Notes under the pieces: model-generated
The model's database searches: none
The model's input: only the letters and a program-made list of their open reading frames with translations
What the model was told of the DNA's origin: nothing
Program-made: the position numbers and the translations under genes
Shown here: piece after piece, positions 26,761-38,161 of the stretch
Layout of the letters: each line of letters begins with the position of its first letter
Position numbering within the stretch: the first letter of the stretch is position 1
From: Hyphochytrium catenoides
Lineage: Eukaryota > Protista > Hyphochytriomycota
Assembly (NCBI GenBank): GCA_900088475.1
Contig: FLMG01001143.1
Coordinates: forward strand, 25,156-89,155
DNA length: 64,000 nt
Reading direction: 5' to 3'

Positions 26761-28076
26761 TCATAGGCCCAGGGCAGCTGCTCCCGCAGTCGTTCGTGGA
26801 TCACAACCGGTCTGGATAGACGAGTTAGTAGTCATCAAGTTTTACGGGCCGCAAGAAGGTAAGAACCTACCAGCCTTGGCCCTCTAATGTTGCTACAATC
26901 ATTGGGCTTATGTCCAGTATAGTAGGGCGGGCTGTGATGATGGTTCAACAACAACTCCATATTTGCATCTCTAGCCGCATCCACAGGATGGGAGACCACT
27001 TTCTCTTTGTAGCACGGAATGTAGCCGCCGTATCCTGGGGGGAAGTTCGTCTCTCTTGTTGTCCCAACGTGTAAGTCCTATCATAGAGGAGCAAAATGGT
27101 TTTAGGAGTTCGAGTGAGAGCTTGCAGAAGCGAGGATCACATATGCTGTAAGCTCACTACTAACCGAGGTTGAGCTTTTCACCTCTAGTAGGCCTGTCTT
27201 TCTTTCGTATGGGCGATCCATATCCAGATAGTAGCTACTTTGCAGAGGTCCGCGATTAAGAACTCTTGGAGGCAGGTCGGATGCTGCCCAAACAGGATCC
27301 CCTAACCTCGCCAAAACAGCGGTCTCGGCCTGTATGGAATCTAGCTCAAAGTCAGTATGGATTAAGGTTGAGAAGATTGTCGTAGGGCCTACAACCTTTT
27401 GCCGCCCTGACTGCTGCCTGGACCTCTGGAAGCGTAAGGGCTGTGTCCTCCTTCCGTTCTAAATACTTGGATACTTTTTTGAGCTCGAAATCCTTAAGAG
27501 GCCGTCGCAAAGCAGCACGAAGAATACTCTGTAATGCCGACAGTGGAACCGCACCTTGCTGTTGGCATTCACTTGTGTTGAAGGCATCTGCGAGGTCTGT
27601 CTCCTTCAAGTTAAGAAACTCTGTAGCATCCTGTTATGCATTCAAAAGAATGATCAGCTCTTGACCGCCCGCATCAAAATACTAATCTCAATAACCTCTT
27701 TGTAGTTCCTGAAGTCCGATGTATACAACGAAGTCCCGCTGAACTTGGGAGCATTGCCCTGTTGCGTCCTTGAGTCAGTCTCCTTTCGTCTGGATGACGG
27801 ACTACTGGCGTAGTCTGATGGCTTGGTGTTGGAATAGGTCAACTGGGAATAGAAGGCATTGTCAGACAATACATTGAAGACCTCGACGGGTGAAATTATA
27901 GTGACCTCATGCATGGTTGTAAAGTTATTGTTGCCAAGGACGACAGGATCCCGCCTATATTGTGCTGAGCCTTTGAAGTCTCTGAACTTCTGATCTCGGG
28001 AGCTCTCTGTCTCACCAGGCTTCAGGGCTGCACAAGGGGTCATTGCGCTACTACGGAACCCTCCGTACTGACTCAT
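26761..28076 (-). CDS. EF-hand-containing putative ciliary microtubule inner protein
   Basis: Exons give MSQYGGFRSS..., an EF-hand-like LADAFNTSECQQQGAVPLSALQSIL, and DLHVGTTRETNFPPGYGGYIP and PPYYTGHKP motifs typical of axonemal MIPs; stop at 26761-26763. Confidence 0.6.
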
Positions 28077-29371
28077 CTTTCACTTTGGTCTTCTTCTCTC
28101 CAGCTATAGCGCTAGTTACCTCTACACCTCCAGGCTGCTCATTGACCAAGCCGCAGATAATGCCCTGATGCACGCTTCCACCAGCTGCGAGGCGAGTCGA
28201 AGGACAAGCTCGGCACTCAATCTCGCTCAAGCCTCCCGTCTACCAGAGGTTGAGAGAGCTCTTGAGGCTCAGATACAGATTGGTGCTGGGACAGAACTGC
28301 GATGATGATGGGATGACAGAGTAGATAGTAGTAGATCACGTATAGGCAATGTGATGCCATGCTCACCGAGGCTCAGACTATTTTCTATGGTAAATTGCTC
28401 TTCGACCAGCTTCAACCTCCCTCCTAAACCATCAAACCATCATGCTCATTTAGCATCTGGCAATGCTCATTCGGGATTCTGGAGATCAACGAAAAGTGTG
28501 AAACGCCTGGTCGTTTATGATATGAATGATACTATATACGGAATATGGCACGATACCCTGTTGGCTGTTCCATTGACAAATCTGAGGTTCTTGTCGTTCA
28601 CAAAGGAAGACAAAGAAATTTCCCTGTTAGCTGTTCTGCATTATTACTCCTCGTCAACCTAGGGTCTGACTTGGGAGTTCCGTCCCGGCCCAACAGCGTA
28701 CTATTCGCCTGGTGAGAAGATAGTTCAACTCATCTTTGTAATTGGGGTCATTCCGAATGAAAGATAGAGTTTGCCTGGTATTCCGGATGAGGCTTTGTGG
28801 TATATCAGATAAAGGATTGCAAGGTTTCTAAGAGAGAATTGATGCCATCTTCCAGCATCCTTTGTCGTTCCATCAGCCTGCCTGGCTTCTCTTCTCTTCT
28901 GTAATAAAGACTGGGACTCAAGAGTCCATCAGTGCTGTGACCTTCTTTGTAAGCTGCTGAGGCTTTGATGCAAAATGATCTTCAAGAAAGAAGTGCAGCA
29001 GATGTCGGGGAGAATTTGAGAAGGGACGCCAGCTGACCATCGCCGCCCACTAGTTTTTGATACACCTTCACTTTATAAACAACATAGTAACAAGCGCGGG
29101 AGAGCCCAGACAGGCCAGTTGGCGGCACGAGAACCAGATAGTGGAATATTTGCATACGTTTGGAGAGATTGCCAAGGCAGAGGAAAGGAGAATGAGTTTG
29201 TAGAGGTCCTCATATTCTCTCCGCGATACTGGACTCGTGTTGGCTGCAGCACCTATTGGCAAGATTGGATTTCTGCAAAGGCCACCGCGACAAGCTACGG
29301 GGCTTCCAACATTAGTACCCCTTCCCGACAACAAAATCTTTGACTCTTCAGAAGATCCAAAGTACAACGTA

Positions 29372-30636
29372 ATGGGGAACACAGCGGGCCGAGTAGATGT
29401 AGACAAAGAGTTTGCTAGATATGTCCGACCTCAAGGGTAAGATTCTACCTGATGCAATGGGGTCCAGCTGACTGATTCTCGTTGCCTCCAGAGTTTACCA
29501 GTCCTGTGAGTGGACTGAAAGACAGATAGTTCCTCTAGTCGCTCATCAAAGGCGACTCTGCCCATTGTATCCTCCATCGGAGACCGGAGTTTCCAATTCT
29601 GAAGAATGTCCGATCTGCTTCATGGTAAGTCCAGTCCCTCTACCTGGTCCCATGATTCTCTCTTAAAGTTCATTAAGCTTAGCCAAGCTAATAATGGGCG
29701 GTTTTAACATTACAGTACTATCCGGGGATAATCAATAAGACTAGCTGTTGCAGAAAGCCCTTATGCACCGAGTGCTTTCTTCAGATGAGACCTCCAAAGA
29801 CTCTGGGAAGGTATCAGAGAGGTTTTGAACTGCTTGCAACTGTAGCGAGAACTAAGACTCTGCTGCGCTAGATGTCCTTACTGCACCAAGTGTCCCCTCA
29901 ACGTAACTTTTTCAGGGCAGAGACCAAGTGATCCATCCATCCGCCTTGCGTTGGTATGGATAACTCCTTTCTAGATTGTGAGTGCGAGGGCGCGCTAACA
30001 ACCAACCTAATCCGTCTGCTAGGCAAAAATGCACGATAAAACTAGGAAACAGCATCCCTTGAGTCGTGACACCGATGGACCCAGAATTCAGCTTGCGACT
30101 ACCAAAGAGCGACAACAAATTCATCAAAGTAAGCGACACATGCCACCTGGGTTTAAATTGCATCTGAAATGAGGCTAACTCCCTTGCCTCCTCTACTAGC
30201 GGCAACGCGCCAGTGCCAGGAGGTTGTTTTTGAAGCGTTGACAGCTTCCCGGGCCTCTAGAAGTAGCACTGCCACTAGCCAAGAAAGGAATCCACAAGAT
30301 CTCTCCGTGGGCTCTTCCGATTTGATGATGATAGAGGAGATGCTGTTGATGGAGGCTATTCGCCAGTCTATGGCCGAAGTGCGTGTTGTTACTGAGGAAA
30401 GTCAAAGTGGAGCAATAGGCCCTGTCTTCGCTCCTTATCACTGCACCATGGACAGCAGAAGAGATGAATCCAGTGGTTACAGAGGATCAGATCTGTCGCG
30501 CGGTCTGGAAGAGACCCTTCCCAAATCCGCAGAATGCCATCCCGCACCCCATTCCGCTGGTACCACCTCTGACGTTAATGGGGTGAGGTACCGAGCGCAG
30601 CCCGCAGGTATTCGGTGTACGACCTCTGGCTCTTGA
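29372..30636 (+). CDS. RING-finger protein of SIP5/GW2/DA2 type with N-myristoylation motif and UIM
   Basis: MGNTAG start; YVRPQGVY..CEW; LCPLYP; ECPICFMYYP.IINKTSCCRKPLCTECFLQM..CPYC; UIM-like IEEMLLMEAIRQSMAE. 3' end approximate. Confidence 0.85.
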
Positions 30637-31511
30637 TCAACGGATAGCAGCTTTATCGCACTTTTCTATTATCGGGCAAAACATGGATGGAGAGTAGCAG
30701 CTCTATCATACTGCACAACGCACCCACCACCGATTCCTGGTAAGGAATCCTGTAAATATAGTGTTCCTCAAGAAGGCTCCGCTACTACTCGTAACTGTAA
30801 AAAGTACTTTATATTTTGTTATTCTACCTTGAGGGCGGAGGAATGTAGACATGCAATAATGCAAGGAAGGAGGCCTAGGATAGGCGCAACCTATCGTTCT
30901 ACAAGCGATAAAGCAGCTCCAGTCTCTGTCCTCCAGCAACAGCTCCTGGAAGCTGACCAGAACCGCGCCGTCAGGCTCGCTGGGGCAGTGTGTGGAACAG
31001 CATCTCTGCACTGTGTTGCAGGAGGACAGCGGTTCCTGCTGCTGGCAGAGAGAGAGAAAGGTCTGTCTTCTCGCATCACTTATTATTGCTCGAAAACTAT
31101 GGCGCGGTACAGTGTTGCTACAGAAGCCAGAAGCTCGTATTTACGGAATCACATCACGTTGAATGAGGAATAGATGCATAAAACAAGCATATATCCGGAA
31201 TCTTTAGCGCTGAGACGGATGTTCTGTGTGCTGTGCTGGGTGTTGGCGTTGCGGTGGGGTTCTGATCGGTCAACGGAGAGGATGATGTCTGGCGCTGCTG
31301 CGGGAGAGAGAAGCGAGTAGTTCCTAGTGTATAACCCTTCCTCATTGCCCATCATCTCTAGTCCTCAAGACAGCCCCGCGCCTCACACAGTCAGTCCAGC
31401 GTATCACCATTTCTTGATCCTCGGCTTGTCGCGGGGCACCAGAAGACAGAAATTCTAGTTCGGCGTCTGCTCCAAGAAAGTCTTCTCACAACATTCGAAC
31501 ATTAAACAAGA

Positions 31512-32296
31512 ATGTCTTTTCAAAGATCAGTCCGCGCTACTTGGAGCCCGTTTCGACGACTCTTGAGCGGGACTATTAAGGTAGATGGTTCGTCATCCCT
31601 TTAAAACCCAGTAGGTGCATCGATATGCTAATCCATTCACTTGACCGCATTAGGATAAGCGCCTTATTCCAGCAGTTTCCCATCGAATCCAGAGCTGCGG
31701 CGGACGTGGCCATACACTGAGAAGTCCATTATGGTCATCTTCTTCCAGGCCATTTTCGGTCATAGCTCGTAAGTTCGCTCCATGGTCGATCATGACAATG
31801 TAGTCCTCATAAATCAATCATGTTGCACACTCATCTACAGATGGCGGCTCCGATGACTCTGAGCAACTGCCAGGCGATGATATGACGGGAATGCCCCCTG
31901 GGGCAACAAAGGGAGGACCCAAAATGATCATGATGTACACATGCAAAGGTGGGAGTACTCTAGTGGGCTTTATTGCTGTGCATGCCTAAAGCCACATTTC
32001 TCTTCATACCTTGCCCTTCAGTGTGTGAGACAAGAGCTGCTAAGACCATCAGTAAGATAGCCTATGAGGAGGGAGTAGTCCTCATCCGATGCCCTGGGTG
32101 CGAGAATCTGCATCTGATAGCGGACAGATTAGGGTGGTTCGAGGATGAATCCTGGGATGTTCAGAAGCTTCTTGCGGAGCGAGGGGAGCATTGCCAAGTT
32201 GTCACTGAAGACAACATCCTGGAGTTAACAGTCAAGGATATTGCAGGGCATGATATGCCACTTCCAGGTTCACCTGACCCCCAAAAAAGCGTTTGA
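31512..32296 (+). CDS. DNLZ: DNL-type zinc finger protein (mitochondrial Hsp70 escort protein Hep1/Zim17/Tim15-like)
   Basis: [48 protein letters not shown]; Arg/Ser-rich N-terminus resembling a mitochondrial presequence. Confidence 0.92.
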
Positions 32297-33549
32297 ACCC
32301 ACGCGCTAGCTGGTAGACTACGCGAGCGATGGCCAACGATTCGCCATGGACGAGTCAAGGAACTACCATGGAGCTATGGGGCTTGGGTTGACGATGAGAG
32401 TCTATTCTGGAAAGGATATCTTAGCAGGGAGGAAGTAAGGAAAAACCTTTTGCCGGTTGGAGTTGCAGTCGGCGGGGAGATGTCAGGGAGAGGTATACGA
32501 AAGCACAAGAGGTTCAGAAGTCGAATTCTCCTTTAATATTTATTATCACGAGGCGGTCCATTGCTGACCCTTCAATTCGAAATGTAAATGATTGGGTCGT
32601 TTCTGGCTTTGGTGCCAGCGGCAAGCGGCAGCGACGGCATAGTGAAGACTGAGAGAATAGGAAAGAAGCCTACTACTACTATGAGAGACCGCGCTCTTAG
32701 TTCAACCTTGAAGCTAACGACTCTTTCTCTATCTGCTGTACAATCTGTGAATGACCTGGCTAGCTCCATCCGTCCACGGAAGGATGAGGTTCAAACAATG
32801 CCTGTTTAGACCTCGAAACGTTCATGTCGTAGACTTGACTTTTCTGATAAATGACTTGACCTTTCGTGTTGAAGAAACGAATACCTACCGCGACCGTAGG
32901 TTCTGGAGCCCATCCCGCACAGTCAAACGAGTCCATCTTTTGGAGGGTGACTTTTAGTGCTCGACGACTATCACTGTTCCGGCCTACAGAGAACAGAGAA
33001 ATCTTCACTAATAATAACAATGCCCTATTATAATTGAAGAAGGATGCAAGTGAGAGCGGTGAGTGTGACGGACGCTGGGTGGCAATGCTGATGATGTGTA
33101 CAAGTACGCAAAGAAGAGTTGTTTTGTAGTAGTAAATTAGCTTGTATTCGTGAAGTGAGAAAGAACAGACAAACATACACACACGCAAAACTCTTGTTGT
33201 TTGTAAAGGAGACTGATAAGAAAGCGGCCAAGTGTGGCAGATGATGAGGAGATACATGTTCCATTCATAGAGACACGAGATCTGGCTTATCTATGATTGA
33301 GGCTGATGTGGGAGGAACTGATCCGCAGGTGTGCCGTGCCTTCCAAGAGTGCTCATTGCTCCAGAGATACTAACAGCTTATTAGCAGCCTGACGCACTGA
33401 GAAAACGACCAGCTGACTGCTTTGAGCTCTCAATGAGAACATTCGACTGTGCGTGACATCCTTCTGATATACGCTCAAGCGCCAACAACTGCGTTCCGAA
33501 GCGGGCATCTTAGGCGCATCGATTACGGTCGGCAGTCGCGTAACCTGTG

Positions 33550-34845
33550 ATGGGCTCAGATTCTGTCCCTCCTGCCCTTTCAATACCGGCTGAAGGCGAA
33601 CAGTCCTCTCCATCCTGCTCTGCAGTGACAGACTTCAAGGCAGCCCTACCTCCCATCAACGTTTATCATGAGCCGATACAGTCGCTAGAAGAGTACCTCA
33701 ATCACTTGGAGCTGGATAACCTTCTAGCGGATGAGACTAGGAATTTGGTAAATGAGAAGGCGCAGCAGCTAAAGACTATATCCAACCTGAGTGCCCTGCT
33801 GGCTGGCTTTACAACGATGAATGTGGTGCAAATCAACCTTACTGGCTCGGAGCCTGAGTGGGTGATGATCTGCTTTGGCGTAACAGCCTCAATTGGAGTA
33901 AGATTTCAGCCAATGGCTCCTCATCCCAGACACTTTTCACATCTTTTGATATCTGAGTTCTGCTACTAGAGTCATCATCCTCACGGACATTGCTCCAACC
34001 ATGTCGCCGTCCTTCTCTTCACAAGCGGCCTCCGCCATTGTCACGTAGACAGCCCTTGTTCAACTCTGTAAGCTTAGTTCTCTTCGCATGGTGTCCCTCT
34101 CCTGCTTTAAGTATCAATGTCCTTCTCAAACTAATTCTCTGTCCTTTCTGAACTATGCAGACCGGGCTTTTGCTGCTAGCAATGGTCAGCTGCTCCCTGA
34201 TCCTTGTTGGGGTCTACCGCTATGATTGCAAGAAGAGAGAGGTACCCTTTGAAGAGTTTTGGAAAAAGAGGTTCGTGCTTCTTTGAACTACTGCCCTTCT
34301 TGAAGCGATACGACTAACTGAGGTAACGTCTTCTGCGGGACAGGTGTGAAGGCGACTTTCGGACAGCCTTTGTCTACTTCTCTTGGGGTGAGTACTTTGA
34401 GCATACTGCGGTGTGTGGAGTTCGTCTTCTGTGACCGGTTACACCACTACTCTTCGTCTACAATGGTCCCACCGTTATAGACTCTAGTTTGCCTATTCCT
34501 ATTCATCGCACTGTTCCCACTGTCTGTCCGCAGGCCGTTCTCTTCTCGCATGACTAATCCTCCTATTTCATCACTGCAGGGGTACCATGCTTTCTCCTCA
34601 ACTTCATATTCTGTGGCGTTATTGTTTACAGAGCCTCCCTGCCAACCATCATCACCACCTCTGCCATCTCAGTTCTCTCTTTGGTAATCTGGTGGTTCAG
34701 GGTAGAGAGTAAATGGAGCGGCTTCCTCACATCCTCAAACTCCAACTTACGGCATCATGTGCCTGCTCAGCCCTCTGGGGAAGACTATTTGCACGGGGAA
34801 ACTCCCAAAAGGAGGAAGTTCAGTGAGCAGGAAAAGAACCCTTGA
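33550..34845 (+). CDS. Orai-family Ca2+ channel subunit, paralogue A (selectivity-filter Glu replaced by Gln)
   Basis: Four exons (33550-33897, ~34161-34270, ~34344-34387, ~34580-34845). TM1 QLKTISNLSALLAGFTTMNVVQINL aligns to Orai1 [25 protein letters not shown]. Loop FEEFWKKRCEGDFRTAF, TM3 WGVPCFLLNF, then TM4. Confidence 0.85.
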
Positions 34846-34938
34846 TATTGACGTTATGAAGCCTCAAGTAAGGTTTAGCCGGTCATCGGCCCTCTGTTGT
34901 GGTATCCCACGTCCTGTTAAGGACGAAGCAATGCGCTA

Positions 34939-37419
34939 TTACTTAGAGCCAACGACACTGCTAAGTATATCCCGGATACCCTTAACTTTGCCAGCAAGAG
35001 AGGAGTCGAAAACCGTACAAACAAGGCCCTTCAGGAATTGGAAACCCTTAGAAGAAACTGGGTACTGCAGAGGGCCTGGAATTGATGTGCGAATGAATGG
35101 GAAGATATCTTGCACCACGCTCTTCTGCAAGCACACATCACGTAGCCCTTCGTGTCCAGCAAAGCGTCCGAAGCCTGAATTCTTCACTCCCCCAAACGGT
35201 AAGGACTGAACCATGTAGTACGTGGCGAAGTCGTTGAGGGCTGTCATTCCACATCTTAGTCCGTTGCCCAGCCTTTCCTGTCTCCTTCTGTTCTCTGAGA
35301 AGACAGAAGAGCCAAGTCCATAGTTGCTGTCATTGGCAAGGCGGAGGAGCTCTTCATCGTTCTTAACCTTGATAATTGACATAACTGGTCCAAACACCTC
35401 CTCCTTGGCTATCCTCATATCAGGCGTTACCTGCGATGTTATTGTGAGGGAGGTTGTCAGATATCTATCTAGTATTTAGCTTACCTAGCGGGGACTTGTG
35501 TCTGAAGAAATGGATAACAAAGAGCGTAACCTTTCGTTGGAAGGGAGGTGAAGGTGATGGAGAGAGGATTTCGCCTTATCAAAGGCATGAAAGAGACCTA
35601 GCAGGACAAGAGGAAGCGTGGAGAAGACAGAAAGCAGCTGATACTCACATCAGCCAATACCGTAGGTAGATAAAACAACCCTTTCAAAGCCTCGTTCCTC
35701 TTTCCGCCAGCCAGCAGCTTGGCACCGCGCTGTACAGCATCATCCACCAGCTCCTGAATGATCTGCAGCTGGGCCGGCATCACCATAGCTCCCATATCAA
35801 CAGTCTCTTTCCCAAGGGGATCGCCTTGGCGTAGCTTTTTGACCACCTCGGTTACTTCCGAAAGAAACTCTTCATAAATCTTCTCGTATACGAAGACACT
35901 GCAATGTTATCATCGCCCAGAAGTGAGACAGATATGGCTTTAAAGATTCCCAAGAGTAGATCACTCTACCCAAGACAGGCATATAAGCAAGGTAAGGCTC
36001 TCTAGTGACTCACTGCCCCCTCTGTCTCTCTCTCTTAAGGCAAGCTTGACTCCACTGTTCTAGACGACACCTACCGTTCAATACCCACACAATTCTGGCC
36101 ACAGTTTTGATATACGCCGCGCAGAATCACTGGTACAACCGTAGAAAGGTGGGCATCCTCGCAGATTACAGCTGGATCTTTGCCTCCCAACTCCAACGTG
36201 ACAGGCGTGAGTGACTGGGCCGCCCTGCCCATTACCAGCTTTCCTACCTAACAGACAAGTCGAAGGGGTCAGTGCGGGAAGCCAGATAACATTGTAGCAA
36301 CGAGGGCCTCTAGTAAGGAAGACAGCTATCCTATCCAACCCCATAGAGCTGGGTGGTTTCAAGCCCCCTTCCACCTACACTTTTTTCAAACCGCCCATAT
36401 CTGCCTCCGTGCTTCTACAGTGAGTGTGCTGGCATCGGGACCCATCTCTAAGCATATCTGGTCCGTCAGCTATGATATCTTACCTGAGGAGATCCAGTAA
36501 AAATTACTTTGTCCACAGAGTCGATTAGGGCTTCGCCAGCCTCCGCAAAGCCAGTCACTGTGAGCACCAGGTCTGGGTTATGTCCAGTCGCCCGAAGTGC
36601 TTCAGCCACGAAGCGCCCATAGTACTGAGAACTCCAGGCCGTGTGTTCCGATACTTTGGCAACGATGGCATTGCCTGCGAACAAACAGGAGAGAACGTGC
36701 GTGATCCAGTTCTGGAATGGATAGTTCCAGGGTGCAATTGTGCCGATAACGCCCATGGGATGATACTCGACCCATGCACTTTTATAGATAGAGAGCAAGC
36801 CTGTGGGGCGATATTCTTGCTGGAGCGCTGCTTCTCCATGCCTAAGCAGGTATTCAACCTTTGCAAAGACAACCAGAACTTCACCAAACATAGCGTCAAC
36901 CTTCGTCTTTCCTGAGTCTCTGCACGCAACCCGAACAATGTCATCTTGATGCTCTGCGATATATTTGGCAATGGTTGCTATAACACGGCGTCTCTCGGCG
37001 AAAGTAGTTTGACTCCATTCCCGTTGAGCAACCCGCGCTCGGCTCACCAATTCTTTGACTTCATCTCTTGTCATCGCCTTGACCTCGCCGATGCGCCTCA
37101 AGGTGCTTGGATTGTAACACTGAATCATGTCCGGCCTTGTTTCCAGCTTGAGCGGCATATCTGGGTTTGCATCTTCTTCAGCGGCGTCATCACGGCTCTC
37201 GAGCTCCTGCAGGGGGACCGAGACCGAAGGTACCCGCTGCTCTGGAGATAGAAAGAGCAGGCGCTTGAGCAACAAGATTGCCACAAGGGCCACCACACCT
37301 CCCGCGATCCATTGGCTGTGCTCAAAGACGAGCACGGATAGCTCGGCAAAGGCGTTTTCGAGTAAGGTGCGGGAAGATTCTGACAGGATGCACGCAGACA
37401 AGCAAATGAAAACCATCAT
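34939..37419 (-). CDS. Aldehyde dehydrogenase, ALDH22A1/MSC7-like, with N-terminal hydrophobic anchor
   Basis: [31 protein letters not shown], catalytic [43 protein letters not shown]-terminal [17 protein letters not shown]. Confidence 0.92.
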
Positions 37420-38161
37420 TGCGTGGTTAAGCAACCAACTGGTTGGTGATTGAAACAGGCAAATGAGCCCAGACGACTGAGTCACGGCAAGCTTCAGATA
37501 ATCGTCTCGTCCGGTGAGGCGATGGCGCCACTATCCTTGAAGCCTTTATTCTTGAGTGCGTCCTAGGCCGCTGACCTTCCTCCTCTGAGTAAAGGCCTTT
37601 ACTTTCTTGTCGACAGATTCTGAGGTGTGGGGCCAGCGCAGAAGTTTGGACCAGCTTCGCGCCTTCTTTTTCGTCTTCTACCCTAATATAAGGAAGCTTG
37701 AATTATAATCGGTTAGGACCTCTAGTTTTGGTAAATAGCTCAACTCTGTCTACTGAGAGCTGATTGAGAGTACAGTAGTGCCACAAAAAGTATTCTCCGC
37801 CGCAGCACTTCGTCTTACAAGGACTGTCAAAGCGGTTATTGATTCGTAATCTCGGCTATATCCCTGCTGTAAGCTGACCATTCGGACAGTCCCTGGAAAA
37901 GAGCCTTACCGTTACCGGTACGGCATGGCCTTGTTGTTCCCACTGCGGAAAAGTGAAGGGAAGCGGGATGTTGGCCCTAGTTGGGCAGCAGGCTGGACGT
38001 GATGAGTCTTCGTCTGGAAGCTTCGCAACGCATCCTTCCAAGGGCATCTTCCCATATCGTGTGCCTTCCTCCTCCATGCTGCAGGGTAGAAACTGAGGTT
38101 AATAGCCTTAAGGAAAAGATCCTGTTATACTAGGTCTACAGCTGGCAGGGGGCTGGGCATA

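Noticed and set aside
28100-29340. ORF fragments between the MIP-like and RING genes
   Set aside because: No recognisable motifs or consistent exon chain; treated as intergenic or divergent promoter region.
30700-31450. Short ORFs and possible snoRNA-like ATGATG/CTGA boxes
   Set aside because: No convincing box C/D pairing, terminal stem or protein motif.
32572-33264. Minus-strand ORFs of 65-165 aa
   Set aside because: Low-complexity composition, no family motifs and no coherent splice model.
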